Of a stretch of DNA of 58,045 bases, positions 36,427-46,271 are shown in pieces (position 1 is the stretch's first letter; each line of letters opens with the position of its first letter). Made by a program: the position numbers and the translations under genes. The notes under the pieces were generated by a model. That model had not been told where the DNA came from, did not search any database, and saw nothing but the letters and a program-made list of their open reading frames with translations. The stretch is taken from contig JANPLN010000039.1 of NCBI GenBank assembly GCA_031426555.1, positions 1 through 58,045 of the forward strand. The letters run 5' to 3'. This stretch comes from Bdellovibrionales bacterium (GTDB lineage Bacteria > Bdellovibrionota > Bdellovibrionia > Bdellovibrionales > JAGQZY01).

Positions 36427-36471
36427 GTCCAAAATTTGTACGCAAGTATGGCTAGCGTTCCAAAAATGACC
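36427..36471. promoter_or_regulatory. Two candidate bEBP upstream activating sequences
   Basis: GTCC-AAAATTT-GTAC (36427) and GTTC-CAAAAAT-GACC (36457). Confidence 0.62.
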
Positions 36472-36520
36472 AATTTTCCATGTCCATATCTCTGAAATCT
36501 CTTTCGGGCGAACTCACCTT

Positions 36521-36536
36521 TGGCATTGGGCTTGCT
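36521..36536 (+). promoter_or_regulatory. sigma54 -24/-12 promoter
   Basis: TGGCAT-TGGGC-TTGCT. Confidence 0.83.
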
Positions 36537-36572
36537 CATTAGTTCTGTGACTCAATACAAAAAGGACTTCAT

Positions 36573-37091
36573 ATGATTTTAAGACAACTTTCAATCTTCA
36601 TCGCCACCTATTTTTTACGCGAAAAGTTTTCGCGCCCGCAAAACAACTGGATCAGTGATTCAGCAAAAGCGCTAACCTATTCCGCCGTCACGAACATGTT
36701 CATCAACAAACTCAGTGTACTTCTCAAAAAGAGCGTTGTGGTGATTCCTCTCGTGGTTTTGGGAACGGTTCTTGGTGTATTTTGTTACCTCGATCTAATG
36801 AACGTTGTTGATTATGGCGTAAAAAAGTTTGCTCCCTCTTTTTTAATTAACCTCGTCGTGACGATCTTGAGTTTTTTAGGTGCGATCTATGTGCTTAAAA
36901 CTCCAAAAGACTCCGAAGTGAGTAATGCCGAAACGGGGAGCACGGAGGATGGGGCGGATCCCCTGCAGACTGCTGGTCTGCAAATTCAAGAAAATTTCGC
37001 ATTCTTCAAGCGCGGCTTTGCACAAGCTTTCGAAAAACCCTCTGACGACTTAAAAGCCCTTGGAAACTCCAACCCAAAGTCCCATGATTAA
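36573..37091 (+). CDS. Hypothetical two-TM membrane protein
   Basis: Two hydrophobic helices; AAGGA RBS. Confidence 0.65.
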   Translation: MILRQLSIFIATYFLREKFSRPQNNWISDSAKALTYSAVTNMFINKLSVLLKKSVVVIPLVVLGTVLGVFCYLDLMNVVDYGVKKFAPSFLINLVVTILSFLGAIYVLKTPKDSEVSNAETGSTEDGADPLQTAGLQIQENFAFFKRGFAQAFEKPSDDLKALGNSNPKSHD

Positions 37092-38373
37092 GAATATTAA
37101 ATTATGGAAGCTTATCGACTACGCCGTGTGGTCGCTACCCCTGGCTGCAATGCTATTGTCGTTTTATTTAATTTTTGACTATTATGCATCACGCGATATC
37201 AACCTTCGCATTGTATTTAAAGATGCCTCCTCCATTGAGCCACAAAAAACTCAGCTCGTTTACAAAGGCATTGTTGTTGGCCTAGTAGAGGGTGTTCAGC
37301 TGGATGCAAAAAGTCATGGGGTTGTGGTGCGTGCAAGTCTAGACAGGGAAGCCAAGGATCTCGCAGTCCAGGGTTCTCGTTTTAAAATTGTTCAGCCCAA
37401 GGTGGGATTTTCCGGGATTAGCGGTCTTGAGACTTTGCTGAAAGGGTCCTACATTAAAATCGAAAAGGGCAACACCGATCAAAGCCTTATACAAAAAATA
37501 AAAACTAACTTTGAGGGAATCACTACCGACGAAGAAGACGACATGCACGATGCGACCGCGTTCGTGTTGCGGGCGAAAAATGGCAAGGGTCTTAACGTGG
37601 GGATGCCCATCGAGTTTAAAGGCGTAAAAATTGGCTCCGTTGTCTCCATTGATTTCGAAGGTCTCACCAAAGAGGGTGTTTTTAACTATCAAGACATTCT
37701 CGTGAAAATTGGGATCGATAATAAATACGTTGATATCATCAATGCCGATAGCCGCTTTTGGAAGCGTCCCGCAGTGAACGCTCGCTTGGATGTGAGCGGG
37801 ATGAATTTTGAAATTTCCTCCTTAGAGGCCTTACTTAAGGGCGGTATTCTTGTTGAAAGCTCCAATCAAAACGCCGATGCGGCCCACGTGGGGCACCAGT
37901 TTGCACTCTACGAGAGAAGGCCAGCCAAAAGATCAACAGATGCCGAGGCAAAAATATTCCAGCTCATCACGAACGATGCTGAATCCTTACAAAAAAACGA
38001 TCCCGTTTTTTATCGGGGAATTAAGGCTGGCGCCATTCAAGATGTACAATTAAAAGAGGATGGGCGTGCGGTCGTTCGCGTGCGCGTGGAAGCTCAGCAC
38101 AAACATCTGGTGAAAGCCAACACGGTTTTTTGGCGCAAATCAGCGGTGGATAGCAAATTGGGATGGTCGGGACTTTCGCTACGTGTTTCGTCTTTGGAAA
38201 GCCTTGTGCGCGGTGGAGTTAACTTCGCAACGCCCACTCAGTTTGGTGCCGACGTGAAAGATGGAAATTCCTTTACATTGAACGACGGTGAGCCAGACGG
38301 GGATTGGAAAAACTGGAAGCCGCAGTTTCCGAAAATAGTTAAACCTACAGATCTGAGTTTACGCTATGAATGA
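37084..38373 (+). CDS. pqiB: PqiB/LetB-type protein with three MCE domains
   Basis: VWSLPL TM; LVYKGIVVG, IEFKGVKIG, VFYRGIKAG repeats; SGLETLLKG; probable ATG 37084 (ORF track 37060). Confidence 0.88.
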   Translation: MIKNIKLWKLIDYAVWSLPLAAMLLSFYLIFDYYASRDINLRIVFKDASSIEPQKTQLVYKGIVVGLVEGVQLDAKSHGVVVRASLDREAKDLAVQGSRFKIVQPKVGFSGISGLETLLKGSYIKIEKGNTDQSLIQKIKTNFEGITTDEEDDMHDATAFVLRAKNGKGLNVGMPIEFKGVKIGSVVSIDFEGLTKEGVFNYQDILVKIGIDNKYVDIINADSRFWKRPAVNARLDVSGMNFEISSLEALLKGGILVESSNQNADAAHVGHQFALYERRPAKRSTDAEAKIFQLITNDAESLQKNDPVFYRGIKAGAIQDVQLKEDGRAVVRVRVEAQHKHLVKANTVFWRKSAVDSKLGWSGLSLRVSSLESLVRGGVNFATPTQFGADVKDGNSFTLNDGEPDGDWKNWKPQFPKIVKPTDLSLRYE

Positions 38374-38899
38374 TCACACATTTTGCGAAAACTGTGGTTC
38401 GTCCTCCGTGCAAAAAAAACAAGGGGACAACAAATTATTGGCTCCGTTTGTACTCACCGCTTTGTTTTTGTACATGCCGGCCATGTTTTTGCCGTTTATG
38501 ACCATTGAAATCAACGGTATAAAAAACACATCGACAATTTATCAAAGCGTGGTCTCCCTTTCAAAACAGGGATCTTGGTTTATCGCCATCATCGTGCTAC
38601 TTGCGAGCATTGTGATTCCCATCGGAAAACTGGGTTTGCTGCTGTTTTTGGAGCTAACCAAGGATGTCACTTTGCGCGCGGGATTGCGCGGCAAAATATT
38701 TAAGTTTGTCGAAATGATCGGCAAGTGGTCTATGTTAGATGTCTTTTTACTGGCACTTATGGTAACCATTTTAAAATTGAAACCTTGGATGAATGTGACG
38801 GTTGAGCCGGGTGCTTTATTTTTTGCGATGGTAGTTATTTTTACCATGCTGGCCTCGCAAAACTTTAACAAGCATCATCAGCCCCAGAAGTCCTCGTAG
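38366..38899 (+). CDS. pqiA: PqiA-family inner-membrane protein (single PqiA domain)
   Basis: ASIVIPIGKL, IGKWSMLDVF, GALFFAMVVIFTMLAS. Confidence 0.9.
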   Translation: MNDHTFCENCGSSSVQKKQGDNKLLAPFVLTALFLYMPAMFLPFMTIEINGIKNTSTIYQSVVSLSKQGSWFIAIIVLLASIVIPIGKLGLLLFLELTKDVTLRAGLRGKIFKFVEMIGKWSMLDVFLLALMVTILKLKPWMNVTVEPGALFFAMVVIFTMLASQNFNKHHQPQKSS

Positions 38900-38911
38900 G
38901 AAGCAGTAAAA

Positions 38912-39556
38912 GTGTTTTTCTATATCCTATTCAGCCTTTTGAATTTTCAAACCGCGCAGGCGGAACCTCTTGAACCGAAGGTTCAGCAACCACCCGAACC
39001 GAAGGTTCAGCAGCCCGCAGAGCCAGAAAAGCCACAAAACAAATTGATGCTCGCTGTAGTGGCAAGCAAAACCCTTGCAGAGAGCGTGCAAGGCGATAGC
39101 TGGTCTTTCGAGCGGCCCTCCGTGGGAGTGGAAATCCGCGCCAACGAATTCGTGGCCGCGCAAACCTCCCTCACATTGCTCGATCAGCAGTACGTTGTGG
39201 ACAAAGGCGGAACCGGTGTCCTTTTTGAAAGACGCCGGCTTGTTTTACCCATCATGATTTCCTACAGAGCGTTTCCGTGGTTTTATGTTTCCGCCGGCCC
39301 CTACATTGGCGTTGCTCTGAACGAAATAAAAACCTACCGAAGAGGATTAAATCCTCTCTTGAGCCCGCCCAAAAGCTCCATGGATGATTTTTTGGAATTC
39401 GGTTTTGTAACAGCTTTGCAGTTTTTTATTCCAGTGACCAAAAAAATCGAAGGAATGGCCAGCATTTACTACTATGCACCGTACGATGAAACGCAGTTAA
39501 AAAAATCCAATTCGTTATTTTTTCTCTTCGGAGTTAAGTTTGGGTTGGGAAAATGA
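38912..39556 (+). CDS. Outer-membrane beta-barrel protein with an N-terminal EPKVQQP repeat
   Basis: Signal peptide ending AQA; 24-bp repeat at 38972-39019; beta-strand pattern. Confidence 0.7.
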   Translation: MFFYILFSLLNFQTAQAEPLEPKVQQPPEPKVQQPAEPEKPQNKLMLAVVASKTLAESVQGDSWSFERPSVGVEIRANEFVAAQTSLTLLDQQYVVDKGGTGVLFERRRLVLPIMISYRAFPWFYVSAGPYIGVALNEIKTYRRGLNPLLSPPKSSMDDFLEFGFVTALQFFIPVTKKIEGMASIYYYAPYDETQLKKSNSLFFLFGVKFGLGK

Positions 39557-40599
39557 TCAGGAAAATGATCAGACAAATGATCAGACAAATGAGTAGTCCC
39601 GTTGGTCGGAAACTTTTTTTCAGTGCCATCATTATGCTCAGCGCGTGGAGTGTGCGTGCCGACGAGCCGGTGATGATGCCCGAGCCTGAAAAAGAAAAAC
39701 CGTTTTTTTCGAAGCTTCTGTCAAATTTAGAGGACTCGCGCGAGGGAATGTCGGTATTTTTAGTGGATAAATCCAATGAGATTGATCTTCTCTTTGCCAA
39801 TCCCAACTATTTGGCCACCCGAAACACCACGAACATGCGTTTTTCAAATACGATGAAAGTTGCCGACGAAGAAGGTTTTAATAACGACTTTGATTTTTCG
39901 TTTAAGTTAAATTTACCACGCAGTCAGGATAAACTTCAGTTTCAGTTTGACCAAGCCGTGGATGAATTTAGATCGGGTGATGGAAGTCAGAATTTTAATC
40001 AAAACTTAAATCAAACAGCAGAGCAAAGACAAGTTGGCCGCGGACGAGCCGGAATTAACTTTTATCAAAATGTTTTCGACACGGATGTAAGGCTCACAGC
40101 TGGGGTGCGCATCAAAGATCAGCTGATTCCATGGACCAACGTAAAACTGCGAAATTATATTTTAAAAACCAGAAACGAAAAGCATTTAATGGAGCTCATC
40201 CAAGATTATTACGGTGAAACGGCTGAGGGGCTCGAGCACAAAGGGTATTTGGCCTACACTTATAAAATCAACGAGAGATTTTTATTTCGTGTTTCTAACG
40301 AAAGCCAATATCGAGACTTTGATAACAGTTTTCAAATCAGTCAGGGCATGACGATTTTTCATAATGTCGACTATGGACATTCTTTGGCCTACGGTGTATT
40401 TGCACTGTCAAAAAACCCGGCGGCCCAGTCGGTTTACTTTGTCGACTCCTATACAGCTAGCGTGGCCTATCGCCGGCGGCTCTACAAACGGCACTATTAT
40501 TTAACGATTCGCCCCGGTGTGATCAGTCCTAAGGACAAAGATTGGGAGCTTTTAGCCGGTATCCAAGTGGGAATCGACATCTTTTTTGGAAATCCATAA
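39553..40599 (+). CDS. Hypothetical outer-membrane beta-barrel protein
   Basis: Signal peptide ending VRA; KLNLPRSQDKL; ends GIDIFFGNP; start uncertain (four in-frame ATGs 39553-39589). Confidence 0.7.
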   Translation: MIRKMIRQMIRQMSSPVGRKLFFSAIIMLSAWSVRADEPVMMPEPEKEKPFFSKLLSNLEDSREGMSVFLVDKSNEIDLLFANPNYLATRNTTNMRFSNTMKVADEEGFNNDFDFSFKLNLPRSQDKLQFQFDQAVDEFRSGDGSQNFNQNLNQTAEQRQVGRGRAGINFYQNVFDTDVRLTAGVRIKDQLIPWTNVKLRNYILKTRNEKHLMELIQDYYGETAEGLEHKGYLAYTYKINERFLFRVSNESQYRDFDNSFQISQGMTIFHNVDYGHSLAYGVFALSKNPAAQSVYFVDSYTASVAYRRRLYKRHYYLTIRPGVISPKDKDWELLAGIQVGIDIFFGNP

Positions 40600-40618
40600 A
40601 CATAAGAGGGAGGCATCA

Positions 40619-41149
40619 ATGCCAAATTTAAAAACCATTAGTCAAAGTAAGACGAAAAAAGACACAACGGGCGTGATTACACAGCTTTTAAAGGACCATA
40701 AAAAAATGAAAGCGCTCATGAAAAAAATAAAAGCACCGCGCACCTCCGACATCGTGTGTGAAAAAACCTATCAAGTGCTGTTGATGATTTTGCATCCGCA
40801 CGTAAAGTCCGAAGAAAAATCGTTACTCAATGTGCTAAAGGGTCACCCCCTGTTTGACGACATGGCTCAGGAGGGCTACGAGGAGCATCGCTTGCACGAA
40901 ACTGTCCTCAGTCGCATCGACCGAACAAAAGACTTGCAAAAAAAATGTGTGCGAATCAAAATTTACTGTGAAATGCTTGAACACCATCTCGATGAAGAAG
41001 AGGAAGACTTATTCCCAGCTTTTAAAGATTACTCCGCCAAATCGACGCGTAAAAAAATGGGCACGGTCTTTCGAAAAGAGCGAGAAAAGCGCAAAAACAA
41101 GCGCGAAGAAAAAATGTACAAAGAGACCGTTGAAAACAGCAGCGTGTGA
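40619..41149 (+). CDS. Hemerythrin/HHE cation-binding domain protein
   Basis: LLKDH, HVKSEE, EEH, EHHLDEEEEDLFP; GGAGG RBS before ATG 40619 (ORF track 40586). Confidence 0.88.
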   Translation: MPNLKTISQSKTKKDTTGVITQLLKDHKKMKALMKKIKAPRTSDIVCEKTYQVLLMILHPHVKSEEKSLLNVLKGHPLFDDMAQEGYEEHRLHETVLSRIDRTKDLQKKCVRIKIYCEMLEHHLDEEEEDLFPAFKDYSAKSTRKKMGTVFRKEREKRKNKREEKMYKETVENSSV

Positions 41150-42186
41150 TGAGGATCCTTCCGCGCCGCCGTCTCTTTGCCATTTTAATTTTTTTTCTTT
41201 TCATCCTCGGAGTGCGCCTCGCCGCGCCTCGAGTGACCCTGTACTTCGCCAATCAATACTTAGCTGAATTTTCGCCCATCTACCGAGGGCATATCGCTGA
41301 TTTGAACTTTTACCTCTGGCGAGGAGCTTACAGGTTTGAGGGCGTAAGTTTAACCATGAAAGACCGTCCGCTCACTTTCGCCACCGTGCGCGATGTGGAT
41401 GTGTCGGTGGCGTGGCGAGAGCTGCTTCGCCTGCATGTGCGGGTGGATGTTGTGGTGAGCGAGGCCCAACTGCTGTACAGCGATAGTCTGCGTAAAGAGA
41501 TTTTTCAGCAACCCCAGGTGCACAAAAAAGATGCGCAAAGCGCGCTCAGCAAACTGGTTCCCCTGGGTGTAGAAAGAATTCGCGTTTTGGATTCGAGTTT
41601 AGGCACCGCTGATTTTTTTGGAATTTCCGAAAAGCTTCCGGCTGCCATCAGCGGTTTTTCGGCCACCATCAATCATCTCACCACCGATGCCAAACACCCG
41701 GTCATGTATTTTGAAGCGCAAGGCAAAGTGTCGGGCGATTCCATCATGCAGGTGGCGGGCGATCTGAATACCTTTCAAAAAGAAAAAACGGGCAGCGTAA
41801 AAATGAATCTTCAGAGCTTCGACATTCGCCGCCTAAATCCCTGGATGATTCATCTTTTGCCGCTGTCCTTTGAGAAAGGTTTGCTCACGGTGTATACCGA
41901 AGTCAAAATCCAAGGCGCAGATGTGACCGGGTATTTAAAGCCCTTCTTGCACGATCTGCACATTGTTGGCGATAAAATGGATTTTACCAGTCTTCGTCAA
42001 TTCGGAGTTGAGCTTTCGGTGTCTTTGTTAAATTCGCTCTTTCAAGACAAAGACGACGATCTCGCAGCGCAAATCGATTTTAAATACACCGACGGCAAGC
42101 TCGACTGGAATTTTTGGGACATTTTAAAAAGTATGATCAAAAACAGCCGGAAAAATAACTTGAAAAAATCCTTTAACTCCCATTGA
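41146..42186 (+). CDS. DUF748 (AsmA-like) family protein
   Basis: N-terminal TM; YRGHIADL...LWRGAY; VSVAWRELL; GYLKPF. Confidence 0.75.
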   Translation: MMRILPRRRLFAILIFFLFILGVRLAAPRVTLYFANQYLAEFSPIYRGHIADLNFYLWRGAYRFEGVSLTMKDRPLTFATVRDVDVSVAWRELLRLHVRVDVVVSEAQLLYSDSLRKEIFQQPQVHKKDAQSALSKLVPLGVERIRVLDSSLGTADFFGISEKLPAAISGFSATINHLTTDAKHPVMYFEAQGKVSGDSIMQVAGDLNTFQKEKTGSVKMNLQSFDIRRLNPWMIHLLPLSFEKGLLTVYTEVKIQGADVTGYLKPFLHDLHIVGDKMDFTSLRQFGVELSVSLLNSLFQDKDDDLAAQIDFKYTDGKLDWNFWDILKSMIKNSRKNNLKKSFNSH

Positions 42187-42210
42187 ATAAATGGGAAGCG
42201 AGGGCAAAGC

Positions 42211-43488
42211 ATGCGCACGAATAATAACGAAGTTTATGTACTGGGCAGTTCACGGGTTCCCTTTGTAAAAAGCCAAACAACCTACAGCAACACAAAACGC
42301 AAAGAGCTCATGGTGGCCGCCTTAAATGGTCTGGTGGAGCGCTATAAACTCAGCGGGGTGTTGATCGACGACACCGCTCTGGGAGCGGTGATGAATGGGT
42401 CGGCTGATTTTAATTTAGCCCGCGAAGCCATCCTGTCGACGGCTGTGCATCCAGATTCTCCCGGAGTGAATGTGCAGCGCGCCTGCGGAACAGGGCTTGA
42501 GGCCGCTTGGCTGATTGCTATGAAGGCGCACACAGGTTCCATCGACCTTGGCATCGCAGGCGGTGTGGACACAAACAGCGATCTCCCCATCGAAGTTTCG
42601 GACGAGCTGCAAAAAATCCTCCTCGGCGCCAACAAAGCAAAAACCTTCGGCGAAAAATTCAGCGTTTTTAAAGATCTTCGCCCATCGCACTTTAAACCCA
42701 AAGCGCCCAGTGTGGATGAGCCCCGCACACATCTATCCATGGGTGACCACACTGAATTAATGGTGAAGGAATGGAAAATTCCTCGTCAGGCCCAAGACGA
42801 ATTAGCTCTGCGCAGCCATCAGCGTTCGGCCAAGGCCTACGACGAAGGTTTTTTTGACGACCTCGTGGTTCCTTTTTTGGGCCTTAAACGCGATGGAATT
42901 TTACGGGCCGATACAACCATCGAAAAGCTTGCTAAACTCAGACCCGCCTACGACAAAGTGAATGGAACATTAACGGCTGGAAACAGCACCGCTCTTACAG
43001 ACGGAGCCGCCAGTGTGCTCATCGCCAACTCCGCGGGAGCAAGCCGCATTGGCGCAAAGCCGCTCGCCAAGTTTATAGACTTTCAAACAGCTGCTGTGGA
43101 CTTTCCAAAAGGCGCGGGGCTTTTAATGGCTCCCACCAAAGCGGTGGCGCAGTTGCTCATGCGCAATAAACTCACGTTTCAAGATTTTGATTTTTTCGAA
43201 ATCCACGAAGCCTTCGCCGGCCAAGTGCTTTGCAATCTCAAAGCCTGGGAATCCGCCGAGTACTGCAAAAATGTTTTAGGCTTGCAAGCTCCCCTGGGGC
43301 CCGTCGATGTAAGCAAACTCAACGTGGTGGGTAGTAGTTTGGCCCAAGGCCATCCCTTTGCAGCCACAGGTGCGCGCATCGTTGGCGTGCTTGCAAAATT
43401 ATTAAGTCGTAGCGGCAAAAAGCGCGGCCTCATTTCCATTTGCACCGCCGGTGGAATGGGAGTTGCGGCCATTATGGAGTCAGTCTAG
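42211..43488 (+). CDS. Acetyl-CoA C-acyltransferase (thiolase)
   Basis: QRACGTG, EIHEAFA, GHPFAATG, SICTAGGMG. Confidence 0.95.
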   Translation: MRTNNNEVYVLGSSRVPFVKSQTTYSNTKRKELMVAALNGLVERYKLSGVLIDDTALGAVMNGSADFNLAREAILSTAVHPDSPGVNVQRACGTGLEAAWLIAMKAHTGSIDLGIAGGVDTNSDLPIEVSDELQKILLGANKAKTFGEKFSVFKDLRPSHFKPKAPSVDEPRTHLSMGDHTELMVKEWKIPRQAQDELALRSHQRSAKAYDEGFFDDLVVPFLGLKRDGILRADTTIEKLAKLRPAYDKVNGTLTAGNSTALTDGAASVLIANSAGASRIGAKPLAKFIDFQTAAVDFPKGAGLLMAPTKAVAQLLMRNKLTFQDFDFFEIHEAFAGQVLCNLKAWESAEYCKNVLGLQAPLGPVDVSKLNVVGSSLAQGHPFAATGARIVGVLAKLLSRSGKKRGLISICTAGGMGVAAIMESV

Positions 43489-44942
43489 GCTTCGATTTTA
43501 AATTGCGGGTCTCGCATAGCCATCATGACTCCCGAGAAGAGCCAAAAAAAACAGCTCTCGGGGTTGTACACGATGCCTTCCGCACCGTAGGATCCCAATG
43601 CGATGGCAAACAGCGAGCTAAAAATGGCCATTTGTGGGCCAAGAATTTGTGGCCGTTCTTCGGTGCGCCAGACGCGAAAGCCAACATACAAAATACTTAA
43701 AATCATTGCGGTGACAATAAGCAGACCGGGAATACCGATTTCGATCACTAACAGAACAAACAAATTGTCGGAGAAAAAATATTTTCGTGGAAAGTGCGGA
43801 TCCGTTTTTTGTAAATCAAGGAAAGCCCCTGATGACGCCCCCACACGTGAAAATCCAGCACCAAACGGCACGTCGCTCGCGTATTGCAAAAATCTATTTA
43901 AGGAGCCTCGTCTTGCGTTCGACATGGCTTCGAGATCGAAAGTCGAAAGGCTGCGCTCGAGTGATCGTTCATTATCTTCGTAGGAGTCCACCGAATATCC
44001 AAGAAAAGAAAACATGGCAAACAACGTCACGCAGCCCAGAGATGCCGCCCCAACCAGATACAAAACACGACGCGAAAGCGATACGGGGATGCGACCCGTA
44101 CTCATGGTAAAAATAAATAGGACCATCGCAATCACAGCCTTTGCAATTGCCGAGCGAACTTGACACATAAACAGCGCCACGCCAATGAATGGTGGCAGAA
44201 CAACCGAAAATAAGCGTATCCATTGCGAGCGGGAGTAGAAAATAAAATACGCGAGGAAAGGTAAGACCATAAAGATATAAACTGAAGGTCCACCAGGAAG
44301 GTTGGTCAAACCAAAGGGTCTAAAGGCATAGGCACCCATTTTTTGCAGCGGAATGGCATAGCCGGGATGAAGCGATAGCACGCTCGAGGGGCCGCTCAGC
44401 CCTTGATAGATGGTGAAAACAGTTTGCACGGCGCCCAGCACGGCGAAGACTGCAAACAGTCTTTTTACATCGGCTAAGTTGTTTACTAAATAATAGCCAA
44501 AAAAGTACAACAGGAACATCGAAATATAAACTTTCGATCCTGCGATACTCGACATCACACTGAGCGCGTAAGGATTAAACAAAACAATAAAGATCCACGC
44601 AAAATGTAGAGCAAACAACCACGAAAGTGGCGGAGGCGGCTTGTTGCGTTTTCCCAAGTTTTTAAAAAGCACTTTAAATAAAAGTGCAATCACCACCGCA
44701 TCGGCGCCCACGTGAATAAACGGATGGTAGTTGGATACAATTTTAAAAAACCCCTGAAACCAAATAAAAATAAGCACCAAAATCAGCGAAGCTTGCAGGG
44801 GAGCCGCGAAAATTCCGACCAGGGTCACGCCCAGCGATAAAAACGAAAAGGCCAGGAATCCCATTTTGTCGAAGGTGATACCGATCGCAAAAAAACACAG
44901 GAGCAAGGGGATAATAATAATAGACTTTGATAAATGCTGCAC
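43485..44942 (-). CDS. O-antigen ligase/Wzy-like polytopic membrane protein
   Basis: Many TM helices; RPFGL; PFGAGF...DNLFVLLVIEIGIPG. Confidence 0.7.
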   Translation of the reverse strand: MQHLSKSIIIIPLLLCFFAIGITFDKMGFLAFSFLSLGVTLVGIFAAPLQASLILVLIFIWFQGFFKIVSNYHPFIHVGADAVVIALLFKVLFKNLGKRNKPPPPLSWLFALHFAWIFIVLFNPYALSVMSSIAGSKVYISMFLLYFFGYYLVNNLADVKRLFAVFAVLGAVQTVFTIYQGLSGPSSVLSLHPGYAIPLQKMGAYAFRPFGLTNLPGGPSVYIFMVLPFLAYFIFYSRSQWIRLFSVVLPPFIGVALFMCQVRSAIAKAVIAMVLFIFTMSTGRIPVSLSRRVLYLVGAASLGCVTLFAMFSFLGYSVDSYEDNERSLERSLSTFDLEAMSNARRGSLNRFLQYASDVPFGAGFSRVGASSGAFLDLQKTDPHFPRKYFFSDNLFVLLVIEIGIPGLLIVTAMILSILYVGFRVWRTEERPQILGPQMAIFSSLFAIALGSYGAEGIVYNPESCFFWLFSGVMMAMRDPQFKIEA

Positions 44943-45062
44943 GTCTAAATTGTAGCCCTAAAATGCCTGGAACAGAAATCAGATTTCCACAATGGGCTTA
45001 AGTCGGGGGCAATTTTGAAAGTTGTGGTTTGCCTGGCTCGCGATTTATGCTATTCCCTTTGC

Positions 45063-46133
45063 ATGACACCTACAATCACGCGCACGACGGTTCCCAAATC
45101 TCGTCCATCTGCAGATCAATTCGGCTTTGGGCGTCACTTCACAGATCACATGTACATTGCCCGCTATTCGCAGGCCAAAGGCGGCTGGTACAGCTCCGAG
45201 GTTGTTCCCTACGCGCCGCTCGCCATCGATCCTTGCGCCAGCGTGCTGCACTATGGCCAGGCCCTTTTTGAGGGCTTAAAAGCTTTTAAACAAATCGATG
45301 GCCGCATTGCGGTGGTTCGGCCAGAGTTTAACTGGCAACGGATGACAAGCGGCGCAGACCGCCTCTGTATGGAAGCCCCGCCCAAAGAACTTTTTATGCA
45401 AGGCCTCGAGGCCCTTTTGAAAGTGGATCAAGATTGGATTCCCTCCGAGCCTGGAACGTCCATGTACATTCGTCCTACTCTGATTGCCACCGAAGCGTTT
45501 TTAGGCGTGCGGCCCTCAAAGGAATATATTTTCTTTATCGTGCTCTCCCCCGTGGGAAATTATTACGGAACAGGTTCGCAAGCCGTGCGCATTTGGGTGG
45601 AAGCGGAATACACGCGCGCCGCCCCGGGTGGACTGGGTGCGACCAAAGCAGGTGCGAACTACGCGGGCAGTTTAAAGGCTGCGCACATCGCTAAACAAAA
45701 AGAATTCGCGCAGGTGTTGTGGTTGGATGTTACAAAAAAATACATCGAAGAAGTGGGCACCATGAACGTGTTTTTTGTGATCGACGGCAAAGTGATCACA
45801 CCAAAACTCAATGGAACCATTCTTGAGGGCGGAACGCGGGCCATCGCCATCGAGCTGTTAAAAAAATCAGGCTATGCCGTGCAAGAGCGTTTAGTTTCCA
45901 TCGAAGAGCTTCGTAACTCCTACAGCACTGGAGATTTAACCGAATCCTTCGGCACGGGAACCGCCGCCGTGATCACTCCCATTCGCGATCTAACGTCCGA
46001 AACCTTTACCATCGATTTTAATTCCTCAAATCCCGAAGGTATGGGGCCCGTGGCAGCCCAGCTGTATGAGCAGATCACAGCGATTCAAACCGGCGTCGCT
46101 AAAGACACTCATAAGTGGCTCCATTATCTCTAA
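45063..46133 (+). CDS. ilvE: Branched-chain amino acid aminotransferase
   Basis: LHYGQALFEGLKA, YIRP, KAGANY, EEVGTMN, FGTGTAAVI; probable ATG 45063 (ORF track 45015). Confidence 0.95.
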   Translation: MTPTITRTTVPKSRPSADQFGFGRHFTDHMYIARYSQAKGGWYSSEVVPYAPLAIDPCASVLHYGQALFEGLKAFKQIDGRIAVVRPEFNWQRMTSGADRLCMEAPPKELFMQGLEALLKVDQDWIPSEPGTSMYIRPTLIATEAFLGVRPSKEYIFFIVLSPVGNYYGTGSQAVRIWVEAEYTRAAPGGLGATKAGANYAGSLKAAHIAKQKEFAQVLWLDVTKKYIEEVGTMNVFFVIDGKVITPKLNGTILEGGTRAIAIELLKKSGYAVQERLVSIEELRNSYSTGDLTESFGTGTAAVITPIRDLTSETFTIDFNSSNPEGMGPVAAQLYEQITAIQTGVAKDTHKWLHYL

Positions 46134-46134
46134 C

Positions 46135-46149
46135 GTTCGTTTTTTGGAC
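46135..46149. promoter_or_regulatory. Candidate bEBP upstream activating sequence
   Basis: GTTC-GTTTTTT-GGAC, 49 nt before the sigma54 box. Confidence 0.6.
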
Positions 46150-46198
46150 GCATCAAAATTTAAAGTCTCCTCAAAATAACCGTATTCATTCTTAAAGT

Positions 46199-46214
46199 TG
46201 GCTTCGGCTTTGCT
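46199..46214 (+). promoter_or_regulatory. sigma54 -24/-12 promoter
   Basis: TGGCTT-CGGCT-TTGCT. Confidence 0.72.
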
Positions 46215-46271
46215 TTGTTAGTTTGAAACGAGAGGGCAAAACTTTGCCTGTAAAGTTGAAGGAGACGAAGT

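Noticed and set aside
23954..42186. Stress island as a mobile element or prophage
   Set aside because: No integrase, transposase, att repeats, tRNA target or phage genes seen
45033..45050. TGGCTC...TGC upstream of ilvE
   Set aside because: Wrong GG-to-GC spacing; a sigma70-type arrangement fits better
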